Positions 28,858 to 42,575 of a stretch of DNA of 64,000 nucleotides are shown one piece after another. Within the stretch, counting starts at the first letter, position 1; each line of letters begins with the position of its first letter. Source of the DNA: Tubulanus polymorphus (Eukaryota > Animalia > Nemertea); assembly GCF_964204645.1 (NCBI RefSeq), contig NC_134036.1, forward strand, positions 9,899,859-9,963,858. Direction: 5' to 3'. Under the pieces are notes generated by a model that searched no databases, was not told the DNA's origin, and saw only the letters and a list, made by a program, of their open reading frames with translations. The position numbers and the translations under genes were made by a program.

Positions 28858-31800
28858 CTTCAATAAAAGGAGCTAAAATTGTGGATGATTCATCTGAAAT
28901 ACCGATGACGGGGGATGATTTACCCGTACCACAAGCTCCAACTGGTGACAATTCATCAGCAATGCAAACGACAGAAGACAATTCATCCGTACCGCGAGCT
29001 CCGATTGGTGACGATTTATCAGTAACGCAAACGACAGACGACATATCATCTGCACTGCGAGCTCCGATCGGTGACGATTTATCACTTTCGCAAACGACAG
29101 ACGACATTTGAACGACGGACGACATTTCATCGGTTCCACGAGCTCCGATTGGTGACAATTTATCAGTAACACCAATGACAGACGATGTTTCATCCGAACC
29201 GCGAGCTCTGATCGGTGACGATTTTTCAGTTTCTCGAACGACAGACGACATTTCATCCGCACTACGAGCTCCAATTGGTGACGATTTATCAGCAACATAA
29301 ACGAAAAATGACATTTCATCCGTACCGCGAGCTCCGATTGGTGACGATTTATCAGCAATATAAACGACTAACGACTTTTCATCCGTACTGTGAACTCCGA
29401 TTAATGGCGATTTATCAGTAACACCAATGACAGACGACTTTTCATCCGGACTGTGAACTCCGATTAATGGCGATTTATCAGTAACACCAATGACAGACGA
29501 TGTTTCACCCGTACCGTAAGCTCCGATTGGTGATGATTTATCAGTAACGCAAACGACAGACGACATTTGAACGACGGACGACATTTCATCGGTTCCACGA
29601 GCTCCGATTGGTGACAATTTATCAGTAACACAAATGACAGACAATGTTTCATCCGAACTGCGAGCTCCGATCGGTGACGATTTATCAGTTTCTCGAACGA
29701 CAGATGACATTTCATCGGTTCCACGAGCTCCGACTGGTGACGATTTATCAGTAACGCAAACGACAGACGACATTTCATCTGCACCGCGAGCTCCGATCGG
29801 TGACGATTTATCACTTTTGCAAACGACAGACGGCATTCGAACGACGGACGACATTTCATCCGTACCGCAAGCTCCGACTGATGACGATTCATCAGTAACA
29901 CAAACGACAGACGACATTTCATCCGTACCACAAGCTCCGATTGATGACGATTTATCAGTTTCGCAAACGACAGACGACATTCGAACGACGGATGACATTT
30001 CATCCGTACCGCGAGCTCCAGTTGGTGACGATTTATCAGTTTCACAAACGACAGACGACATTTCATCCGTACCGCAAGCTCCGATTGATGACGATTTATC
30101 AGTTTCGCAAACAACAGACGACATTCGAACGACGGACGACATTTCATCCGTACCGCGAGCTCCGATTGGTGACGATTTATCAGTTTCGCAAATGACAGAC
30201 AACATTTCATCGGTTCCACGATCTCTGACTGGTGACGATTTATCACTTTCACAAACGACAGACGACATTCGAACGACGGACGACATTTCATCCTTGCCGC
30301 GAGCTCCGGTCGGTGACGATTCATCAGTAACACAAACGACAGATGACATTTCATCCGCACTGCGAGCTCCGATTGGTGACGATTTATCAGTTTCGCAAAC
30401 GACAGACAACATTTCATCCGTACCGCAAGCTCCGACTGATGACGATTTATCAGTAACGCAAACGACAAACGATATTTCATCCGCACTGCGAGCTCCAATT
30501 GGTGACGATTTATCACTTTCGCAAACGACAGACGACATTCGAACGACGGACGACATTTCATCCAAACTGCGAGCTCCGATCGGTGATGATTCATCAGTAA
30601 CACAAACGACAGACGACATTTCATCCGCACTGCGAGCTCCAATTGGTGACGATTTATCAGTTTCGCAAACGACAGACGACATTTCATCCGTACCGCAAGC
30701 TCCGATTGATGACGATTTATCAGTTTCGCAAACGACAGACGACATTCGAACGACGGACAACATTTCATCCGTACCGCGAGCTTCAGTTGGTGACGATTTA
30801 TCAGTTTCACAAACGACAGACGACATTTCATCCGTACCGCAAGCTCCGATTGATGACGATTTATCAGTTTCGCAAACGACAGACGACATTCGAACGACGG
30901 ACGACATTTCATCCGTACCGCGAGCTCCGATTGGTGACGATTTATCAGTTTCGCAAATGACAGACAACATTTCATCGGTTCCACGATCTCCAACTGGTGA
31001 CGATTTATCACTTTCGCAAACGACAGACGACATTCGAACGACGGACGACATTTCATCCGTACCGCGAGCTCCGATTGGTGACGATTTATCAGTTTCGCAA
31101 ATGACAGACAACATTTCATCGGTTCCACGATCTCCGACTGGTGACAATTTATCAGTTTCGCAAACGACAGACAACATTTCATCGGTTCCACGATCTCCGA
31201 ATGGTGACGATTTATCACTTTCGCAAACGACAGACGACATTCGAACGACGGACGACATTTCATCCATACTGCAAGCTCCGATCGGTGACGATTTTTCAGT
31301 TTCGCAAACGACAGACGACATTTCATCCGCACTTCGAGCTCCAATTGGTGACGATTTATCAGCAACATAAACGACAAACGACATTTCATCCGTACCGCGA
31401 GCTCCAATTGGTGACGATTTATCAGCAATATAAACCACTAACGACTTTTCATCCGTACTGTGAACTCCGATTAATGGCGATTTATCAGTAACACCAATGA
31501 CAGAAGACAATTCATCCATACCGCGAGCCCCGATCGGTGACGATTTATCAGTAACGGAAACGACAGACGACATTTCACCCGTACCGCGAGCTCTGATTGG
31601 TGAGGATTCATCAGTAACGCAAACGACAGATGACATTTGAACGACGGACGACATTTCATCCGTACCGCGAGCTCCGATCGGTGACGATTTATCAGTAACA
31701 CAGACGACAGATGACATTTCATCCGTACCGCGAGCTCCGATCGGTGACGATTTATCAGTAACACAAACGACAGACGACATTTCATCCGTACTGCGAGCTC

Positions 31801-32136
31801 CAATTGGTGACGATTTATCAGTAACACAAACGACAGATGACATATCATCGGTTCCACGAGCTCCGATTGGTGACGATTCATCAGTAACACAAATGACAGA
31901 TGACATTCGAACGACGGACGACATTTCATCCGTACCGCGAGCTCCGATTGGTGACGACTCATCAGTAACACAAATGACAGATGACATTCGAACGACGGAC
32001 GACATTTCATCCGTACCGCGAGCTCCGATTGGTGATGATTTATCAGTAACGCAAACGACAGACGACATTTCATCCGTACTGCAAGCTCCAATTGGTGACG
32101 ATTTATCAGCAATATAAACGACAGATGATGATTTAT
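28858..32136 (-). CDS. Giant 3279-nt exon of 63/81-bp tandem repeats (DKSSPIGARGTDEMSSVV[RMSSVV]CVT)
   Basis: ttgcag acceptor and gtagg donor, phase 1-1; open throughout despite divergence between units; same strand as the flanking SET and YR exons. Confidence 0.72.
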
Positions 32137-32983
32137 CTGCAATGGAAATGAATTGTCAGCAGTGAATATTTGACTAATTTTTGTTGAGGTGAATCATGTC
32201 TTTTGTACCTAACAGTTACAATTACTAATAATGTTGAAAAGATGCAACCCTGAAATTTATGGCGTGTCTGGATGGATGGGTGCTTGTATAATATATGTAT
32301 TTCACATTATTACAAAAGTATATTACGCCATATTTCATATGAACATTCAATAGTCTTACTTCCCATCCAATTTAAAATGACACCTTTTAGCATTTATGCC
32401 CTTATCTATACACGTAGCCTATATAAGAGTAACAAATAATATGAGTGAAAACTTCAAATTTAAATAGGACCTGGTGGGATACAAAGCTCATATGGAGATA
32501 TTTTTCTAGCATAAGATATCAGCTTGAGGGAGAAATTATGCTCTTTTGGTCAGAACTTTCAGACTAATATTTGAGTGGTGAACTAATAGCAGCATATAGT
32601 CAAACAAATAATACATTTAAGATTTGCCTACTTGCGGGGTAAATCAATATCAATTAAGTAGCCTACATAGATCAAGCATACGTAAGTTACTTGTGAGTTT
32701 TTTTACAACTGCAAGTGTATAAGATTTACTTATACCTTGCGGGGTGAATTATTCATAAGTGGCCTATAATCCTATGGCCAAGTCAAAAAGTGACTTGTGG
32801 GTTGTTAACAACATAATTACACCTGATTAATAACATAAAGTTAATCAGATTTAACTATACCCATGGACTGAATCATTTATGAATTGATAGTGTTTAAGCA
32901 AGTATACCCCACTCTTTCAGAAGGATGTATTCTCGTTGAAGTTTATGTTTAAACATTCTGAATCTAAAACATATATGATTTAC

Positions 32984-33052
32984 CTTCTATACCAAGATTC
33001 TTGGGCATGGATGATCCTTCATTGATGCAAGCTTCAACCACGGATGAATTAT
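32984..33052 (-). CDS. Possible small exon (NSSVVEACINEGSSMPKNLGIE) resembling one repeat unit
   Basis: ttatag acceptor, gtaaa donor, 69 nt, phase 1-1. Confidence 0.45.
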
Positions 33053-33975
33053 CTATAACAGAAACAATTCAATGGACAAAGGATAAAAAATATTTCATAC
33101 ACATTCCACAATCATAGAAATATGTGTTTGTAGGCTACTCCACTGTTTTACTCTTTTCAAATGCTTTTGAACAACTTAAAGTACGAACCCCCAAGGATGA
33201 ACTCCATAACACGCTTTAAGGGACATACACTATAAATTTCATATTGAAATACACTCTAATAATTAATAATGAAAAGATTGAGGTTCAAACTAGTGTATTG
33301 AATGAAACTTCAATCCATCTGTAGGTATCACTGGAGTGAGCATCTATCATCCATGCAGTCTGAATGAAATGTGCTGTTACAACATGTAGCTTATTTACAG
33401 TTACAGATAGAGTATGTCCCCTTTTTGCAAAACAATAAGCAAACTAAACTTACAACAAATTACAGACCTCTCTCGGGTCATATCATCAATCAGATCATCA
33501 TAGAAATATAATTCTCTAGCAAACCATATCATTGCTGAGCTCACTGAGGCCATATCATAAATATAGTAAGAGACTACCAGTAGTTAATTAAGAGCCCCTT
33601 TTTAAGTCTGCTGAAGTCTGATTTAACCTAAAACACAATGAAACAATTTTGGCCTAGTGATAGGCCTACAAATGTAGCCTAATATGCATCGTTATTTATT
33701 TTCAAATTATAACTGGTGAAAATTGATCAGGATTGGATGGATAATTTTTTAAAATCAGACATATAGTTGACATAAAAAATTATACATTTGTATCAAAATT
33801 TGAGATACGCTGATCGGACTTAAGCAGGCTCTATCTTGGGTTCAAATGCAATACGTTATTCATTACGTTAATTACCTAGCTGTATATTCATTTCCTGAGA
33901 AAGAAAATTTATCTGATTATATGATGGAATCAGTACTCAATAGAAAACATGTGTTAAAATCCATGACCAACTTAC

Positions 33976-35294
33976 ATTCTTTTCCCAAGGATAACTATCC
34001 AAGCCATAATCATACAACAATTCTTGATGTTTTTTCAAATCCTTCGTAGCAAATAAAGCAAGAAAAGGTTTGCCATCATCAGTCTCCAATACCTTCATCT
34101 TCGAATTGATTTGTTTCTTATCACCATGATTAATGAGCCTCCCAAGAATAGGCCCATCAACTGGCTCATCGGAAGCGTCAATGCTATTTAAGTATAAAGA
34201 ATAGCAGTTTCGAAAATGATGAAAAACTGAATGCCTAAGTCTGCTCTCAGAGTTTGATGAAATTGAAATAGATTTACAGCTTTAAAAGAAGTTCTTCAAA
34301 AAAGTCTGCCCCAAAATGAAGTTATTGATAAACTTTGACATGCCCATCATACGGCAAGTTACCAGTGCAAAGGCAATAATCCTATTTACAATTGTCAGCA
34401 TTAATCAATACACCTATGAGCATTATAGATAAGGCCTACACATTTTTAAGGATTTTTCACATAGGCCTAAAGGTAAAATATGTTTCTTACCAAAACTTTT
34501 TTCCCTTCCATTGAAAAAAAAATCGGAAGCCAGATGACAATAGGTCTTCTCTGATGGAGCCCACATTCTCAGACACAAGATCCCCGACATAATTTAGAAG
34601 GAAATCACCACATTTTCGCTCTTGAACTGTAACAACTCCCCTTCCTGAAATAAGTGAATATCACATTGTAGCATCAGTTATAATTTTTGATATGACACTA
34701 CTTTTAATTAGAGAAGGGACATAGGACATACATCTTCAATTGGTGAAATATATGAAGAACATCAGATAATATAAGTATTATTCAGAAACAAATCGGCATG
34801 GTTGCGAGAACAACAAGGGGCCTAGGGACACCATGCCCACTTGATGAAATGTCACATTCAATATTCAACACCCTGGTGAATTAATCATGGTTCACTAGGC
34901 AGCCATCTGATACCCGATCGACCCAAATTTCTCATGATGATGGGCCACATGGGTACACCAAACCATCTTCAAAATTTCCTGTCGCAAGACGGACGTACGG
35001 TATGCCCTTCCAGGTGTAGATCGCAATACCTGGCTTACAAATACAATGGGTATCCACCTACCTTTTCCTTCAAATTGCTCAATACAGAATCCAGGTGGAT
35101 CACAGTTCTCAAAGAAATATTTCACTGCCATCTTCTGGGGATTCACTCGCTGTGAAAAAAATGAAATCATCTGCAATGCTGCTATAGAGCAGGCCTCACT
35201 TTTGTGTTAAGTAAAGGCTAAAGCCAACCAAAAAGCACTGATCTCTTAGCCTACTTAGTAGAGGCTAACATACCTTATTTTTCCTTACATCCAT
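33976..35294 (-). CDS. SET-domain (KMT5A/PR-Set7-like) exons: 35294-35274, 35149-35062, 34644-34491, 34183-33976
   Basis: Spliced translation MDVRKNK-RVNPQK...EGKGRGVVT...GDFLLNYVGDL...FRFFFQWKGKKFCIDAS...LGRLINHG...ELLYDYG..YPW contains the canonical SET motifs; all phases are compatible. Confidence 0.9.
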
Positions 35295-35615
35295 TATTCT
35301 CGCCTAAAAATGGAAAAGGCTTGATGTATTAGTTGGTTTAGATACTTGGGCCATGAATTCCAAATACTTCCTGAATTTCCAAAATAGGGAAAGTCATTTA
35401 TTAGGCTTATGGATGGGCGGAACGATGGTTGTTTTTAAATGCACCAGTCTGGCTCTATGGAACAGTATAAATGTCACTATTTACTGCTTGTTCTCATATC
35501 TCTACCTGGGGAATATACGCTACCCCCTTTCCCTCCGGTGGAGCATTACCTCACTGAATATTTACTGCTATAACTCCAACTCAACTTTTAACCGTAGACA
35601 GTTTGATCAGCCCTG

Positions 35616-36045
35616 GTCCCAGTTTCACAATAAGGACTGAGGCCTCAATCGATTGAAGATATGCCTAAACTGAATTAACAAACAAATCAATTCGATGTAG
35701 AGAGAATCCCACAATTATAACGACAAAGTCCGAAAATGAAACTTCGAAATAGTAGTTTATTTCAACGTTTCGACTATATCCTAATAGTCATCTTCAGGAA
35801 TAATGAAGATGACTATTCCTGAAGATGACTATTAGGATATAGTCGAAACGTTGAAATAAACTACTATCTCAAAGTTTCATTTTTGGACTTTTTCGTTATA
35901 GGCCTATTTGTGGGATTCTCTCTACATCGCGTCAACACGGATATAGTGTTCTATCAATCGAAATCAATTCGATTTATGAATATTTCACAAACTGTGAAAA
36001 GCCTCTGTGATGAGTTAAAAATTAAACATTTTTGTGAAACTGGGC
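35616..36045. mobile_element. PIF/Harbinger-like MITE
   Basis: TIRs gtcccagtttcacaa / ttgtgaaactgggc flanked by CTG on both sides. Confidence 0.55.
35693..35930. repeat. ~240-bp palindrome made of two inverted Penelope-like termini
   Basis: The arms are reverse complements; each contains cctgaagatgactattaggatatagtcgaaacgttg. Confidence 0.75.
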
Positions 36046-36542
36046 CTGGTTTGATTCATCGACTTAAGTAACCCTGGGCTTAGGCCTAATGCTGTGATTC
36101 ACTGCAAGTAACATAAATCAATAAAAACGGAGTGTAAAAGTGCAGATCCGCACCTCTCCGCGTAAACGGTTCAATCAATTACATGAAATATCATTGTTTC
36201 AGATTCAAAATGTCATCAGCAATTCAGTACATTGATTGCCATTGGCTAATTTTAAGATATCTTTACTTAGAGTAGAAAGATTTTAGCCTGGATTCTGTCA
36301 TTCAGCAGATTGCGTCGATCACGAGAGGTGAGGATCTGCACCTTCACCAACGGAGATTTTGGCAACAAATCTGCATTCTTTCAGCGAATCTTACCGTTTA
36401 GTTTATGTTTGTTTAAAGGAAGTGGATATTTTGCCAATGCGGCATTATTTTAGTAAACGCTATTTTGCCAATGGCTCGTTCTGATTGGCTGAAATATATT
36501 GTGACGTCATACGGGATTTTCCGACACTAATTCCAACTAAAA

Positions 36543-39500
36543 ATGGCGCGTTCTTCAACTTCGTCGGGGATTTTCAAAGTTGGAGACAAATTTTCGTCTT
36601 TTGACGATGTTTTGGCTGCTATAAAGTTGTTCGAAGATGAGCAACTTATGTCGTATTGGCGACGTCACACTCGTTTACTGGATGGCGCACCAAAGAGTAC
36701 ACCAAAGACAAATGAGAACGCTATAAAATACTATCAAGTATATTATCACTGTTTGAAAGGGGGAAAGAAACACAAGACATGCAGCAAGGGCTTGAGACCA
36801 AACCAGAAGTATGTATATATCACTAAGGTCTATCACTAAATTGATTTTGTGGTTACTACTTAGAATCTCATGTACAGTGGGATCGGACTTAGAACCAGGA
36901 TTGGACTTTGAGTAGGCCTACTGAAAATTCTTCATTATTCCTTCTCTCATTATTTTCCATTTTTACGTTCTAATTATATCCACATAATAAACACATAATG
37001 CTAAAAAAAAGTTGGCAAAATCAATATCTAAGATGTAGATTGCCATTAGAAGTTTAGATGGCAATATTTATGTCTTGATATTTAGGGATTATTATTGGAA
37101 TGCGACTGTCTTGTTGTGCAAAGATATTTTGACAGCTGAGCAACCACTAGCGCCATCTATCGAACATAAATTGAAGCTTTTGTCAGCTTATAGAGCCACC
37201 AATATATAAGGACCAATATATAATGATATATAATAGAACATTAAGCTTTTCGGCGTTGGTGACTTAATATAATGAAGGAATAATGGATATGAATAATGAA
37301 AAAAAACCTCATCAACTTTTGACATTTGAGGTGACAGTAAACTGATACCTTAATTCTATAGGCTTTATAGCTGCAGTAAGACCATCACAACATTAATATG
37401 TTCGCAACATTATTTCTAGGTATCGTTCTTTCTAAAACAGCTTTAAACTCTCGTTCTCTGTTTTTTATGGGCCTTTTTAATCATGTTTTCCTTTCCCTGT
37501 ATTTACAGGACATTCCGTCAAGATTGTGAATCATGTGTTCACTTCCGCGCTTCAAAGGATGGACAACATCTTGTGGTGACATATCTGAATACTACACATA
37601 ACCATGAATGCACAGAGGGGGCATATGCTTTTATCCCTAAGTGTCGGAAATTAGATGAAAAAGAGACAATCGAAGTTAACAATATTCTAAAGACCAGACC
37701 GAACAAAAAAATCTTACAAGATCACATCAGGAGCATTTCTGGCAAGAAGTTAACTTTGCGTGATATTCAAAACCTACAGAAAAGATTAAAGGGGACGCCA
37801 GGTGACTTAGAAGAGATTTTAAACAGTCTCATTTCTGAAAGAGGTAATTATGATTCATTTCAGATTCATTTCAGTGATTTATATAGCGGCTTTGTTTACC
37901 TATCATAATTTTTTCCATTCTATCGGACTGTAAACACCATTTTTTCACTTTGAATCTGGCTCATCTTTTTTGGAAAGGATTTTAGTTAGTTATACTGTGA
38001 AATCTCCTCTTTCGTTGGCTCCGTCAAGAAAGGGGGATCGGAATAATCGTTGCCACAGAACCTCTAAAATAACCTAAGATCACGCCGAGATTTACCTAAC
38101 GTCTTGCTTGCTTTATTCAACACGCCAAAGAGAACACAAGAATCACTACACAATATGGTGTCACTAAAACGCAGATTTGGACTCGGTAAAAGCCGGATAC
38201 CGGACTTTACCGGTCCATCACAATACTACGGACCCTATGAACCAAAGGCCTATAGGCCTACAATATACAGATAGGCGATATTGATAACTAACTTGCCAAC
38301 TTTTATTTCCAGACGCTACGGTAGAAGTCGTCAGTGATGATACCGATATGCTTCGCGCGATATATTATCAGGATAATATCATGAAAAAGAAATTCAACAA
38401 GTATCCAGAACTATTGATAGCAGATGCTACTTACAAGCTTAATAATCTACGAATGCCAGTTTTTCTACAAATAGTGGTTGACGGAAATGGAGAAAGTGAG
38501 ATAGTGTCAGTTTTTTTGATCGTCAGCGAAGATCAGGGAACGTTAGAGATGTTGCTTGAGATATTTAAGAAACATAACCCTGCCTGGACAAGAACAAAAA
38601 CTGTTCTTACCGATAAGGACATGACAGAGCGTGCCGTGTTTAAAAATCTGATGCCTGATGTTAGGTTACAGCTGTGTTTGTTTCATGTCCTCAAATCAAT
38701 GCGAAGAGAAATACATTGTGAGAAAATGGGCATCCGCATCGGAGAGAAAAATGCTTGTCTAGAAATAATTCAAAAAATTGCGTATTCAAAAAATGAAGAA
38801 GAATATACGAGCAACGTAGACAAACTCAATAATACTCGAATACAGCCCGTTATCGACTATTACAGACATTCTTGGCATGATATCAGATCTGAATGGGTGT
38901 TAGGTCTGAAGCAATCCTGTCATTATGGCAATAATACATCTAACAGAATTGAAAGCATAAACCAAAAACTGAAGCAGGTTGTGGCGCGATTTTCGAATTT
39001 AGAGAATTTCTTTCATGATCTCAAGCTTGTAATTGCTTGTCTGAGACAGGAACGCGACAGTCGTATTGCAAATGTAATCACCAAGCGTTTGGTTCATTCA
39101 CATCCCGCCGGTTCACCAGCAGCCATGTACATGGACCTTCTGACACCTGTTGCGTATCAGCTTGTGATTGATCAAATCAGCTTGGCATCAAAAGTCAGAT
39201 TCCAAGATGTTGCAGATAATCCCGTATTTGTCGAAATGCGCACATCACATGGAGTTGCAATGGTATCCTGTGAAACATGTACATGCAAGTATGTGGAATT
39301 CAATTCATTACCATGTCGACATATTTTCGCACTTCGCCGGAAGAGAAATCATCATCTATATACCGATACCAGTGTTGCCGAGCGTTGGAAGATAAGATGT
39401 TATATAGATCACAGTCTACAGCAGTATAATTGTACGACGGAAAATGTCAATGATGCTGAGATACCTATTACACAACTTGGTCAACAACGTCGTAAGACGG

Positions 39501-41747
39501 CTTTGTCCCAACCACAGAAATATAAAGCTGCATTTGGTGTTGCTCAACGTCTCGCTACACTCGCAAGTGAAGGTTCGATGACCAAATATAAACAACGCAT
39601 AAAGGTGCTACGTGATCTTGTTGCACTGTGGGAACAAGATAGTCAAGCTGTAGCCATTGAAATTGATCGTGAAGAGGTAATTAATAAGCCAGTTAATAAG
39701 TGAAACTAACGATGATTTGCTAGCTAGTTGCAAAAATAACCCATGTTGCTTGTGAATTGTTTCGCTTTTTTAGGACTGTTAAAATTGAGTTTTTATGTAC
39801 ATATAGACAGGGGTCATAATCAAGGACCTTGAATATGCGGAAACTCATATCTGCAAAAGAAAGATACTTGCCAATTGCATATTTTGTTCATAGCTTTTTT
39901 GATGATAATGAGGTAATTATAATGGACCAATTATAATGGTTCATTCAAGCTAAGTCTACACTTGCTTCTTCGACCTGGCTTGTGTATCTATAATACGCTA
40001 GAAACAATACAGAGTTTCTGGCAAACCTGAGTCTTAGAAACCAGGTGTGGATTCGTACTACCATAGTGAGTAAGTGTAGACGTTACTCGCTGTGGACATA
40101 GGTTTTCATCAAACCTGTGTTTACCATTGCAGGTTCAATGAGCTAGTGTAGACACAGCTATATGCTAATTTAAGTTAAATTCCCATTTTTGTTAGTTGAA
40201 CAATGATTGTTTGTTGCATGAAGTTAATCAACTCCTGTTAAGTTGCATGTTGTTTCATTTTTTTCACTCCCATAGATGTATGATTGTTATACATTTGTAC
40301 TTGATAGATGAATCATTTCAAGTAAGTACTTAACATCCTTCATTTGACCTTCTAAAGAAGAATTGGGATAATATTACACAATTTTGTATACAATTACAGT
40401 ACTTTGATCCACTTAATGTTGGTAAAAATAAGGAAATCAAAAATAATAAACGTAGACAATAATTGTGAGATAGGCCCCTACTTGGTGTATGAATGTTGTA
40501 TATGTTCATCTTTTACAGGAAAGCAGCAACGTTCGTTCTACAGAAAGATCAGTCGTTTCTGCGTCGTCCGGTAGTAGTTGTAGTATTCAACGACAACAGC
40601 CGTCAGTCGTTTCTGCGTCGTCCGGTAGTAGTTGTAGTATTCAACGACAACAGCCGTCAGTCGTTTCTGCGTCGTCCGGTAGTAGTAGCTGTAGTATTCA
40701 ACGACAACAGCCGTCAGTCGTTTCTGTGTCGTCCGGTAGTAGTTGTAGTATTCAACGACAACAGCCGTCAGTCGTTTCTGCGTCGTCCGGTAGTAGTTGT
40801 AGTATTCAACGACAACAGCCGTCAGTCGTTTCTGCGTCGTCCGGTATGATAGCTGTAGTATTCAACGACAGATACCACCGTTGATACAGTCGGCGCCATC
40901 GTCATCAGAAGTTTTCACTTCCACAATCAGTTCACCTCATTGTCAGGTAATATATATTACTTCTCTTTTTGATAACCCTAAATTTACTTTACTTTAGTTG
41001 AAATGATGATTAAACCTGCCCCAATTTGTCCTAAATTACAGTAATTCTTTCTAGGACAGATGCAGAGGATCATTCTCCTCAAGTTTGCAAGATTAATGAT
41101 ATGGATTGATGTCATTTCATTTGTATATTCCCATCTATCAACTTTTTCAGGTATCAAAGCTCAAATTACCGCCAGTTAGGAAAGTAAGGGGCAGACCCAA
41201 GGGTGCCGAACTAACTGCGGTAGGTATACCAAAAAAGCGATTCAAACCTGCTTCAAAATCGATGAAACCAATCCCATATCACAAGAAGTTGCCACAGGAG
41301 AAAGACAGATGTAAGTATTTACCACTCTATTATTTGTTGGGTTCAAGAAATTAGGCCATTGTATAATTATGCAGGTCATTTCTATTTTAAGGTATGTTAA
41401 AATGGTTTGTGAGTGAGTTTGCAGCTGATGCTGCCCTAGAAGGAAAACTTTTGCTGAAAACCGATATAAAGAATATTCAACATATTTCTCATGCCTGCAA
41501 GGATGATTCAATTTCAATATCCAGGATACGACATTACTTTTGTGAAGAATCGTGGCTGATGTTAAAGGCACGAATAACTGAACTGCAAAAGATGGGATGG
41601 TTATGTGGATCATGCCATGATGATCTCCATGGAAATCAATTAGCTTGTGATGGCTGCCTAGAGTGGCATCACCTGAATTGTACCGGCCTTAAAAAGGCTC
41701 CTAAAACCAAAAAATGGTTTTGTAGCACATGTTATACTAATGCATAG
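36543..41747 (+). CDS. Spliced MULE transposase with SWIM and C-terminal PHD finger (36543-36808, 37509-37843, 38313-39676, 40519-40946, 41151-41310, 41392-41747)
   Basis: LIADATYK, VLTDKD, LCLFH and NRIESIN (DDE plus CxxH); CTC...LPCRH SWIM motif; C4HC3 PHD CGSC...CDGCLEWHHLNC...WFCSTC; apparent frameshift near 40847. Confidence 0.88.
40550..40870 (+). repeat. 54-bp coding minisatellite, ~6 copies (SVVSASSGSSCSIQRQQP)
   Basis: Read directly from the sequence. Confidence 0.95.
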
Positions 41748-41884
41748 AAAGTTGTGAATACACCCACAATGTAGATTAAAGAAACAATAGCTATTGTTTT
41801 TATTCTGACATTTCAATTTGAAATAAATCTCTGAAGATGGGTGGAAGTATTCCACTCGAATAGCTATTGTTTTTTTAATCTACA

Positions 41885-42018
41885 TATGTTCGTTATAACC
41901 GATAGTTCGTTATATCAAGTATGAAATTAGTCAACTTGTCTTACTTGGGACGAAATTCTTTATTTGTTATATCCGATGAATCGTTGTATCCAAGTTCGTT
42001 ATAACGAGGTTCCACTGT
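41885..42018. mobile_element. Tc1/pogo-type MITE fragment nested in the MULE
   Basis: Ends with gttataacgaggttccactg-TA (TIR CAGTGGAACCTCGTTATAAC); internal ttcgttata repeats. Confidence 0.55.
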
Positions 42019-42394
42019 ATGTATGTAAAACAAACTTTCAGTTATGACTTAAATAGATTCTGTTGCCTGAAGTTTGAGATTCCAATGTACAGATAATACA
42101 AAACAACCCAACTATAGTCAGTTAAGAGTTTGTTATTGATCATTTATTATTTCATAATCATTCATGATATTGTAAGATTGAATGAGAGATCGTTATTAAG
42201 AAGGTCCTATTAAGAAAGGAAACCTACGTCTTATTAATTCTAAAAGTATTTATACAGAATATACAACAGTTTTTACGATCCTTACAAATGACTATATATA
42301 AACAGAATAACAAAAGTTCTGGTTTCGGCCTTGAGTCAAGTGTATTGTTGATGACCATCGCTGATTGATACGTACAATCTTACTTATCAATTGT

Positions 42395-42575
42395 ACAGCG
42401 AACCCCACTTAACTCTGATCATTAGGGACCAATGAGATTAATCTGCTTCATGAGGTATCTGGATTAAATATAGGCTTAAATATATTTTTCTAAGCATTTT
42501 ATGAAGTTACTTTGAAAATGATATTCAGATAAACCATAACAACCAAGCTCATCAGATCAAGTGGAGTGTACTGTT
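42395..42575. mobile_element. Second pogo-type MITE
   Basis: TA-cagcgaaccccactt ... aagtggagtgtactg imperfect TIRs. Confidence 0.4.

Noticed and set aside
28900-32110. CRISPR-like appearance of regular repeats (also 40550-40870)
   Set aside because: The units are contiguous with no unique spacers, there are no cas genes, and the context is eukaryotic.
29464-32142. Long alternative-frame and antisense ORFs (654 aa, 578 aa and others)
   Set aside because: By-products of a repeat whose period is a multiple of 3; only the 1086-aa frame is open end to end and has in-phase splice sites.
33468-33628. Candidate exons linking the SET domain to the repeat exon
   Set aside because: The AG/GT-bounded segments I tried gave a stop at the junction or the wrong phase, so the link is left unresolved.
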